A stretch of DNA of 48,335 nucleotides. Origin: Asterionella formosa (taxonomy: Eukaryota). The DNA lies in contig NKIB01014017.1 in assembly GCA_002256025.1 (NCBI GenBank), positions 1 to 48,335 of the forward strand, written 5' to 3'. Below are positions 12,133-21,654 of this stretch, piece by piece. How positions within the stretch are numbered: the stretch's first letter is position 1; the number at the start of each line of letters is the position of its first letter. Under the pieces are notes generated by a model that saw nothing but the letters and a program-made list of their open reading frames with translations, searched no databases and was not told the origin of the DNA. Position numbers and translations under genes: made by a program.

Positions 12133-13545
12133 TTACCCGATTAGACCGCCAAACGTTCTCTTTTCCACTGACCTTGTCAATGCCACGCACCCACGACAAT
12201 CACAACGAAGCACGCCTTGCGCTCGATTTTCTGATGTCCACGGAATCGTTTGATGCAATAGCAATTTCCAAGATTCCGTCGATGATGACCGTACCCACTG
12301 TTGGACTGCCAACAGTGTGACCATATTGATGCCGTCTGCGGCTGGAAATTCAATCACAGTACTCCAGGCTTCCCTCTCGCTCACCAACACGGCGTCCCGA
12401 CCAGAGGTTACCATTCCTTTAGGGCGAGAGCCTTCCTCCAGACATGACTTCCAAGCATCAAGTCGACCACCAGCATTAATAACTTCCGTTACTCGCGGAG
12501 ATTGTTTTGATGCGTAGATGGAAGTCATGGTGTCTAATTGACCAGATGTGAGAGCAGTGTAAAATTCCTGCTGGGCGTTCAAAATCTCATATGTTTCAGT
12601 TCCCGATACATCATCACCGTCTTCGGGATCCAATAGAGCAGTGGGCCTCAAATGTTGCCCGAACAGTTCCAACCACTGAGGGGCTTCGCCGCTGCCAGAA
12701 GCAAAGGACCGGCCATTGGAATTGAGTCCAAACCAACGTAGTTGATTGGAAGACGATTGCTTCTCAGATAGTCCGTCGAAATAGTCCAACCATATTTGAG
12801 GATCATAGGCATCTGCCAACCAAGGAGGCTTTTGAGATTGCAGTCCCCAATCTTTGGCCGTTGACCCGTCAGTAGGAACAGGAACAATATATGCAGAGGC
12901 TTGACGCAATCGACGTCCATAGATGTACAGCGATGATAGACTTTCTTTCAGCTGTTGTTCATTTCCACACACTGCCAGAATTCTGGGTGGAATGGCCGAT
13001 GACCTTAGGGATCCAAAGGTTTGCGGTGTGCCGAAGGCTTTGTCGGCCAATGCATTCGTTGGAAGTCTCAATTGTAAATATTCCGCATTCAACTCCTTCT
13101 CCATTCGATACAACTGTTTCGATCGTTTTCCGCATTCCCTGACAAACAGCCCGAACGCTCCAAATCCAGTGGCAATGCTGAAAATTGTTTGCTCCAGACT
13201 CAGACTGTCTATCCCAACCGCCTCGGCAGTAAATGGAGCAGAAAAGAGGGTCAAAGCCAAAAGGCCATAAATATTGATTCGAAGAGGTTCCGATTGATTC
13301 AGACTTGTGTATCTTAGCAATGCATCTCCTCTTATTTGTCGGAGGGTTAAGAGGTCAAAGACAGGTTTGGATACATCAAAGCCATTGGACATGTGCAGCG
13401 GCGTAGCATGATGGCGCCTTGTCGTCGCGAGCACTGTGAATTGAGTGGGGGATCCAGCTTTCACGAGTGTGGATGGAAGGAAAGCGCATGAGCGTTCAAG
13501 CTGAAACCCAGCGAGCAACGCAAACAGAGAAAATGAATTTATCAT
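12133..13545 (-). CDS. Plastid-targeted protein with LPA1-like (DUF3493-like) region and C-terminal SnoaL/NTF2-like domain
   Basis: ATG at 13545 gives signal peptide MINSFSLFALLAGFQLERSCA|FLP (ASAFAP-type). NQSEPLRINIY is followed by two TM segments. ILNAQQEFYTALTSGQLDTMTSIY...WKLLLHQ is SnoaL-like. Ends CDCRGC. Confidence 0.7.
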   Translation of the reverse strand: MINSFSLFALLAGFQLERSCAFLPSTLVKAGSPTQFTVLATTRRHHATPLHMSNGFDVSKPVFDLLTLRQIRGDALLRYTSLNQSEPLRINIYGLLALTLFSAPFTAEAVGIDSLSLEQTIFSIATGFGAFGLFVRECGKRSKQLYRMEKELNAEYLQLRLPTNALADKAFGTPQTFGSLRSSAIPPRILAVCGNEQQLKESLSSLYIYGRRLRQASAYIVPVPTDGSTAKDWGLQSQKPPWLADAYDPQIWLDYFDGLSEKQSSSNQLRWFGLNSNGRSFASGSGEAPQWLELFGQHLRPTALLDPEDGDDVSGTETYEILNAQQEFYTALTSGQLDTMTSIYASKQSPRVTEVINAGGRLDAWKSCLEEGSRPKGMVTSGRDAVLVSEREAWSTVIEFPAADGINMVTLLAVQQWVRSSSTESWKLLLHQTIPWTSENRAQGVLRCDCRGCVALTRSVEKRTFGGLIG

Positions 13546-13650
13546 CGCCAGTGTTGTTGCTTTTCCGTCGAGGACTGATGATGGTGTGGTGGACTTTGTT
13601 CTCCATGAGGAGATCAATTCATGTCATTAACAAACACTGACATGGCAGTA

Positions 13651-13678
13651 CCTGGTACCTGGTACCTGGTACCTGGTA
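13651..13678. repeat. (CCTGGTA)x4 tandem array in divergent promoter region
   Basis: Four perfect heptamer copies between the divergently transcribed plastid-protein gene and SLBP. Confidence 0.9.
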
Positions 13679-14010
13679 CTACCGGTACTCCAGGTAGCTC
13701 ATCATCGGTACCGGTAGTCAATTGAGTCGAAATATGGCGCGCCATAATCGTTGACAAGAAGTTTCGTCTGTTTCGTATCTTACATACATAGAGCTGTATC
13801 ATTGTATATACCTACCAGGTGTGGTGGACTACCGGTACAAGGACTGTGCGCCATGAGTTCGTACTAATGGCCTTGTTAACAATCGTCATGAGCGATCATA
13901 ATTTCCGAAACAGATACAAATGGTTCGATTCTGTTGATCCATTCGCTGAGCCCATTTCATTCTGCATTTAAATCTTCGGTCTCACTGTTAAATCAAACAC
14001 CCATCATACA

Positions 14011-14788
14011 ATGTTTGACGAAATCAGCAGTCAAGAAGCAACGATGCCAGGGCCATTGAGTTTGTGCATTCCACCAGCCCCTTGCACCTCGGCAACTGTT
14101 CCGGCTCCCATGAAGTTGGACAATCCATCGGACTTTGACAATTTGGACCCCGTCGATCCTGTGCATGCACGCCGCATGCAACAACGTCGTCGCATGGTTT
14201 TATTAGGCAAGAATACAGCTGGATATGAGGAGTACACGAAGCAAGTGCCCAAGCATAAACGCCGTCCTCGCAGCATGAAGCACCCGGCAACGCCTGATCA
14301 TCAAAAGGATATTCCCAACAAGCGCTGGCAGGGATTAGTGAAGGCATGGTGAGTTTACTTTGGATCTTTTCATCTGATGCCAATTATCGTGACATGAGAT
14401 TATTGCTGGCGTTGAATTCGCTAATTCTGTCTCTTGTTGCCTCTGAAACTCTACTGTTACTCGCGTCAGGAGGCGCGCCCTGCATCAATATGACCCACCT
14501 GACTTGATAAAGGCGGAGACGACAGCCAGCAAGTTTCGCTTGGCTAAGAAGGAGCAGCTCCAAACAAAGCAAGCATTGGAATTGGCACAGGCAGCTAAAC
14601 TCGGCCTTTTGGTCGACGTGGCGCCAGAAAGGAACGAACTTGAAGTAGAGGACGGCAGCTCGCCATCTTGTGTCATTACGGCGTCTTCATCCATGAGTCT
14701 GATGGACAAATGGGAGCAACAAGCCAAGGACGAGAATAGTATGGGTGATGAATTTGAAGCAATGGATAGTGATGATGACTTGATTTAG
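14011..14788 (+). CDS. SLBP: Histone mRNA stem-loop binding protein; exons 14011-14348 and 14470-14788
   Basis: Splicing GTGAGT...GTCAG (14349-14469) gives RRRMVLLGKNTAGYEEYTKQVPK...HPATPD...RWQGLVKAW|RRALHQYDPP, the SLBP RNA-binding domain including TP and WRR.LH.YD. Acidic C-tail. Confidence 0.92.
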
Positions 14789-15556
14789 TCTGTTTGTCAT
14801 TTTTGACTGTTGCTCTTGCAGTTTTTGGGAGCTGGCAGGAATTGCACTCGCATCAGATAGGGTCGCTACCTGGTACTCTGGTAGCATCACGAAAGACAAT
14901 GACAGGAGTTTCACAACTGCCCACATGAACAAAAAGTCCCATTCATTATTCCTTATTGGTTCAATGTCGTGACATGTCTTCTGCGCTTCACTCCAATCAT
15001 TTATTTACTCAGTAGCACCTAGAACCGAAGCTATACCTTCTACTCAATACTTTTACTCTCTTGTGAAGCGCACGTTCTAGACTAGCTTACAGATTGCGAA
15101 AATGGTTTGAATGATAGAGTTTCTCGCCTGGCAGAATTTTCAAATCCATCGATTTGGACTTGATTACTCTGGTGTAGGAAGCTCCACCTGAGACCTCCTT
15201 CCATACACACTCATTAAGGTGACAAAATTTTTACCACCAGCTGCGTAGACTATAGCCATTCGCCTATAAAGTAAACGCATTGTATGTAGTCCGTGTATTC
15301 TTGTTGGTTCGACAGTAAAACCTATAGTATATAGCATTATATCGTCTCCTCCCTCACTTCTCTGTCATTTTAAAATCATTCAGAGTGATCACTGAGATTC
15401 ATCAACACTTGCTTCGACGAAGCAAGCTTTAAATAAAATCAGCATCCCCGAAAGAGCCTGGTTATATGGCTCAGTCTCTTGTATTGCAAAAAACATTGTT
15501 CCTCCACTGGTTTGGATGCACAGCCACATCATAAAACCCGAATTCTGATATTCATT

Positions 15557-16017
15557 CTAGATCAAAAGTTGTTCAATCTTAATCTTCATTCCTTCAATGG
15601 TATTCTTCAATTGAGATGCTTCATTTGTTGTAATGCTGCATGCGATCACAGGGCGGGAGACCCCACACGCACGACCAAGGGCCACCTTACTGTTTGACAG
15701 GTAACAACATATATTGGCAGTGTGAGACGCTGAAAGAAACGACAACATCATCTAGATTTTTGCTCGAAAAATTCTCACCTAGGAACAAAAACGTAAGGAA
15801 CGTTCTTGTCTTCACATAAGAGTGGTAGATGGAGAATAATTTCAATGGGCTCTGCATCGGCAGCCATCACAATCAACTCGCTGATTCCTCGGTTCAGCGT
15901 CTTGGTAGCTTCATTGGCCCCCTTTTTCGTCTGCTTATAGTTTGTGGCTTGCTGGACAAGATCTAATAAAGCGATGGTGAGATCAGCGTCGGCGAGGGGG
16001 AAGGCTTTCTCAGACAT
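15557..16017 (-). CDS. SNU13: Snu13/15.5K/NHP2L1 K-turn binding protein; exons 16017-15779 and 15689-15557
   Basis: [10 protein letters not shown]...[14 protein letters not shown]...[34 protein letters not shown]...IEQLLI. Intron 15778-15690 is GT-AG. Confidence 0.97.
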
Positions 16018-16636
16018 GGTGATGTGTGTTGAGTGGTTCAAAAAATTGTTTTTGTGAATGCATGAACAGAATGTGGTGTTGGGTGATGCTAATCATTAAA
16101 ATTAAAAATTTGATGCCGAAATATTTATTTTATCTTTTAGATCTTTGTATGTTTATACCACAAAGTACTTGTTTTTAATTGTTATAAATAATACATACAA
16201 AACAAACAACAACGATTGCTTGTTGTTGTTAGTTAGCTAGCATCGAGGATCATGTGAAGGTAGTAAGTACAACCAGGTACCCAGGTAGTCTACTGATATC
16301 CCGGGATCATAGCATAGTAGTATACCAGCATATGAATTATAGACTACCAGGTACCAGGTACGATGGGACCAGGTACCAGTTACCAGTATTTATACCGACA
16401 TCATACGTAGAGACAGACAGTTTCTCCTCAGAAATCCTCGTACCGGTATGCGCTCTGGTTTTGGACTGGTGGTTTAAGAAATAGGAAATGAGCTTGTTGA
16501 CTCGATTACCGGTAATGGGTGTAACGCTTTTTATTTAGGTTTTGCAGTGAACAACTTCTTGGTCACACGTTTCCGTACCTGGTACCTGGTACCAGGTACC
16601 ATGTGAGCGATCCTGCACATCGATAGATGATGTATA

Positions 16637-16760
16637 TAGGGTTAGGGTTATATCAAATATATCAGAACTCCACTAACACCTACTGTATACTTTGATGACA
16701 ACTTGGGAAACAAGTTGTACATAATTAATTAGCTCATATATTCAACAAATACTACTACTT
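16637..16760 (+). repeat. Short dispersed repeat starting with telomere-like GGGTTAGGGTTA, copy 1
   Basis: Shares GGGTTAGGGTTA, TATATCAGAACTC, ACACCTACT and AGCTCAT.TATTCAACAAATACTACTACTT with 28818-28965. Confidence 0.8.
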
Positions 16761-17199
16761 GCACATTTGCAAGGGATGAATGAGTCTTCATGGCAGACAG
16801 AATCAAAATGATACCTCCTGCTTCAAGAATTGCTGCCTTGTTTTCGTCATTCAAAGCCAATTCCCCAAGCTCCTTGAGACCATCTTCTTGAATTATTGTA
16901 AGCTGCTCATTCATTTACATCTTAGAAACAATTGCAGCAATCTGAGACAAAATTGAAGTGTTTGGGATTGGTGTTGCTGGCAAAGAAGGAGGCTGTGGTC
17001 CCGGCAGCGGCTGCTGAGCAGCATCGCATCTGGGGCATCTCTCATTTACAATTTTCAAACGATCACACGAATCCCTTCTGTGAAGCAGGATGTCGGGGTG
17101 GAAAGTACAATAATCATATCCCCTCCTAACGAGCTTCTCATGTACGGCATGAGCGCTTGAATGAGTAATTGGAGCATAGCGAGGACTGAAATCCACCAT
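16760..17199 (-). pseudogene. Truncated armadillo-repeat protein pseudogene with N-terminal C-x2-H...CxxC motif
   Basis: Two abutting in-frame ORFs split by TAA (16915-16917): CTFHPDILL...CPRC, a Pro-rich linker, then ARM-like LALNDENKAAILEAGGIILILSAMKTHSSLANVQ. The frame is cut off by the repeat at 16637-16760. Confidence 0.65.
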
Positions 17200-18792
17200 G
17201 GTGTTATTAATCTTGTTGATTTGGTTGTTTTATGGCATATGTGTGTAATGAAACGCCTTCACTTCTCGTCGTGGTCGTGTTTATATATTCTTGAGTACCA
17301 GTTAAAATCTGTAAGCCACCGCTAAAAGGAGTAAACGCACAGTTTGAACTTAGTTTGCAAGATACGTTAATTATTGTCACGATGGAGTCGTTCAGATTTA
17401 TATAGCTAGTAAATACTTCAGTACTAAAATTTTTGCTTTGCGTAAGTTGTTAAATACTTATTACGGTCCAAAGGTTGCTGTCGACGCGAAATTGCGAAAG
17501 ATGGATATTTTCACGTTTAGTCTATTGAGCTGGCATCGCCTTTTCTATACGTGTACGGGCATATGTACAAGAATGAGAATGTTCTTCCGATAGAATTAAT
17601 TTAGTATAATTAATTAGGGGTACGAAGTCATCATGCTTTCGAATACACTATGCGTCAGAAGCATTTGATGATGATGGAAGCGCAAAAAGTATATTGTGTC
17701 GCGCCTTACAGGTGAAGTAACAATACGAAAAGAATTTCTGTATTAAACGCACATTTCCTTTTTTCTCAGTTGATTCAACAGCTCGTTTCGCTTGCTGGGG
17801 AGCACCAAAGTAAAACAAAAACAAAGCAAAATTGGTAAGTGCTCTTGTCGCTCGTTGGACCAATTCACTTCTGTTGGAAAAAAACTAACAAAACGTTTAC
17901 CTTCTCTCAAAGTTAAGATGACAAAAATGAACCGGTAAGTTTTATTCGACAACATTGTATACCTGAAACTTACTTATTCAAGAATTTACTGACAAGATAC
18001 TATTACAGACTTATGCATCATTTGCTTTGATTTGACTGTGGTAAGTGAAGCAAGCGAGAGGATACAATGGAATGGCGTGATGTTGTGTCAGTGTAACATG
18101 TCCAGCTAACAAGTCATTCCTTCTCATTGTTATTGTATTTGCATAGGACAATAAAACCGATCAAACAACGGAATAGTCGGCGAGTTCAGAATGACACTAA
18201 CAGCAGGGAGAGAGACGCAACATTAGTAAGGCATTGCTTGGCACAAGATTCAGAATAGAGGAAGAAAATGGTGGGACAGGAACAATATACATTGAGCCGA
18301 GTAGAGAGAGAAACGTTGGGTCGCTGTCATGTAGATTAATAGATAGCATTGCTTAATTTGATAGTTAAAATACGATCCATTTCAAATCTATTTTTAACAA
18401 TGCTTGTGATTAGAATTATGATCATGTTTACGATATATTTACGATGAAACAATTCACATGATAGCATAGAGTTGAGCTGGTTTTAGGATATGTTGTAGTT
18501 ATAATTTACACTGGGCGATCACGAGAAGTGAAAATAATATGAGAAGGTTTATGATATTGATGGGAAATGTTGTTGATCAGTTTATATACATTGTGTGATG
18601 ATAATGTTCTTATTATCATTATACTTCAAAGTCGGTAAAATATTAATAAATCATCATAGTTACAAGATACCTTGATCATATTTTTGATCCAAAAATTATC
18701 ATATATACGAAAATCCTGTGCCACTTAGCGTACGATACCCTTGATCCTATATGCATGATACTTTTTATTTGCAGATGTTAAGAAACCAGAAT

Positions 18793-19464
18793 CACTCTGT
18801 TACTATACATAGACAGTCTCTTCTTGCTTCTTTGTGCATATCGCCTGCCATGCTGCGTTTCAATTCTAAATGTATTATGTTCTCGTTAGAGAGACGATGT
18901 AATATAGTACTAGTAGTAGATTGTGCTGTTCTATAATGGATGTTGTTTAGCTATGATTGAGGATGTAACACTGATTGATGCTCTGGTGACAGACCGGAAA
19001 TATTTGTCTTGTGTGATGAGCCATTTCGCTTTCATTGGATATCTTGCTTTTCAAGCTCTTAACGGATTGCATAGTGCGAACATACTGTGCAATGTAGATG
19101 ATGATTCATCGAAGACATATGATGACTTGAACGACAAATGAAGATTTTATCACAAACACTTTTTCCTATCGACAAGGCTGCTTTGTCGTTGTTGCAAGAA
19201 TCAGAGTGAGGACTGGCGAGGATAATGACGAGCCGAACCACATTTCTTTAACTGGTACATTATCCTACCAAGAAATTTAAATAAAGGAACCTAAAAGAAA
19301 TAATACATATAATAATTAAATTTCCATAGGCAAAAGGGTTACTATTTAAACTACGAGCGAGGGCATTCATCAAAATTATTAGTTGATACTATAACGAAAA
19401 ATTATGATCAGATGATCATAATCCTATGCATGATGAATCATAGGAATGGTCTTTATTTGCAGAC
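18793..19464 (+). repeat. Dispersed ~0.65-kb repeat, copy 2
   Basis: Colinear with 8752-9384 and abuts the truncated 5' end of the Harbinger ORF1. Confidence 0.9.
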
Positions 19465-19469
19465 TGTGT

Positions 19470-21250
19470 CACGTGAGAGAAGGAAGGGGATGAAGCACTC
19501 TCTCGGGCCTGGTTAGCTGCAAGTGAAGACACAATCACTGGGACTGGTCAGAAAGCAAGCAAGTTTTGGAGCAGGGTATTTGAGATTTATATTGACCCTA
19601 TCCCAGATAAGAAGGATCGCACCTCAACAGCATGCACTGCTTGATGGGGAAAAATCAATCAAGATGTGACAAAGTTTTGCGGCCTCTATTCACAGGTTAC
19701 GTCCATTGCTAAGTCAGGATGGACAGACGACAACTACTTTGAAGAATCCAGGGAGATATTTAAAGTAGAGGGAAAAGGAAGGAACAAACTGGGTAGAGAA
19801 TTCCTGTTCGAAGGGTGTTGGCGAATTTTGAAGGATGCCCCAAAGTGGAAGGGTGGGTGTGGATATGTCGAAGATCAGCAGCAAATCACAAGCAAAGAAG
19901 AGTTCTGAGTTACTAGATGTGCGTCCCATGAGGACGAAAGCAGCAAAAGATAGTAAGCTGCTCGCAAATGCTCAGCTTCTAGTCATTGAACAAATACACG
20001 TGCAGATGTTGGAAAGAAAGGTGAAGACGCAATGTGATGAATTTTTGTTTAAGATTTTCTCTCTTAATATTAATTCAGAGGAATCTAAAAGGTGGTTTGC
20101 TATGAAGGCTCAAGAAGCTATGGAGGAGATGGAGGATAGTTCAAAACCATCACGCAAAAAAACCCATCATGCATGCCAGAACCGAATTCTACAATCAACC
20201 GCAGCTTCCAAAGCAATTGTCGCCACTCCTTCTTTTCCTTGATATGCTCCTCTGTATGCTTTGGGACAGTTTTTCCACTCCCAATGCATGACATCCAATG
20301 AACCAAGAAGCCCGCCCGGCCAACCCTTTCCTTCATCATGAAAACGTAGAATCATCTCAAGGTCCTCTTTGGTCGGAGCTCTAGCTAAGATACTCTTTCC
20401 CATACCTGTTGATTATTGCGTTACAGAAGTGTTGCAAATTGTTGAGTGTTGTTGACTCTGACATGCTTGTTAAATCATCCAACTGATCAGCCGATGTTCC
20501 ATAGGCTAACATGCGAAGCGCCAAGGTAAGTTTTTGGGTGTGGCAAAAATCCCAGTAAACCCAAGGTATCCTTCTTCTGAGAAAAGTAAGAATCCGAAGC
20601 AACCAAATCATCAAGAATCTTCTCAAACAAGAACAAATGTCTCATCCGGAAGCGCCTCCTGAACATTGCTGACGAATAAAATGGATTTTCACTGAAGTAA
20701 TCCTTTTTCAAAAGCTTATCATAGTCTGTCCGAAAACGATTGAGATTGGATGCCTTTCCCACCACCTTTGATCCTCCTCCCTTGTTTCTTTCTTGCTTTG
20801 CTTCCGCATATTGCGGAAATGGAAGAAGCAATTGTCATCTGACAAGTCGCTATCATTGCTCATTTTCGCGGTGTTGAAACAATCGTCATATTTATTTGTA
20901 ATAATAAAGAAGCCACAATTCTCTACGAACAATATTCAAGTACACTGTTGTAATATTTTTTGATGGGCAGTACCAGATAGGAGTATTGCTAGCTGTTTAA
21001 GAAAAAGGTATGTATGCGGCTACCGTACTTCATGAATTAAAAGCGATACACACGAAACTACAGTCTGCCTTTATTTCTATTGGCTAAAAATTTAGGCGCG
21101 AGATTTGACTAAAATAGGATTTGGTCGATGCTGTGGAAAAAAAAGAAAATTTCGACTATTGATAAAAAAGTTCTCGACCAAGTGACGTGTTTTGATATTT
21201 TCAACTGCAATTGGCTTTGGTATTTTGTCGTTGCGGTGGCGATCCTCTTA
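19470..21250. mobile_element. Decayed PIF/Harbinger transposon: Myb/NAM-associated ORF1 (+, ~19480-20165) and DDE transposase 5' half (-, 20863-20170)
   Basis: Plus strand: DEALSRAWLAASEDTITGTGQKASKFW...VTKFCGLY...SGWTDD...FLFEGCWRILKDAPKW. Minus strand: DYFSENPFYSSAMFRRRFRM, KLTLALRMLAYG, GSLDVMHWEWKNCPKAY. Candidate TIR + TTA target site TTGCGGTGGCGATCCTC-TTA at 21231-21250. Confidence 0.9.
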
Positions 21251-21654
21251 TGGATTCCAATACAAGGTATTTTCGTTTCGTTTGTAATTGCTTAAATTAT
21301 GAACATCAAAATTAAAACGATTCACAGAGCAAGTTGATAACAATCGACATGGTGCCCTGCCATCCTTCGTCTCAGGAAAAATAAAAGCATAGCAGGCTAC
21401 CATCTTCGTCAGGTAAAGTATTGTTCAAAGTATCGTTCCGGTAGACTACCTGCTTACCGTACATGAAATACCGGTAGAACCCTTACATCATTGATCAATC
21501 AGTTCCATGCTCGGTCCACGATGGCTGGTGCGTCCTCTCGTTGAAATTGCTAGTCCAATCAATTGTGTGCGCTATATATCTTAAAATCGCTAATCAAGAT
21601 CACCGGAATCGACAGCTAAAGCATCTTCTGTCGGACATTGTCCTTCGAGCAACA

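Noticed and set aside
15000..15300. U4/U5/U3 snRNA next to SNU13
   Set aside because: Diagnostic motifs (U5 loop GCCUUUUAC, U4 5' stem-loop, U3 box A) are not present.
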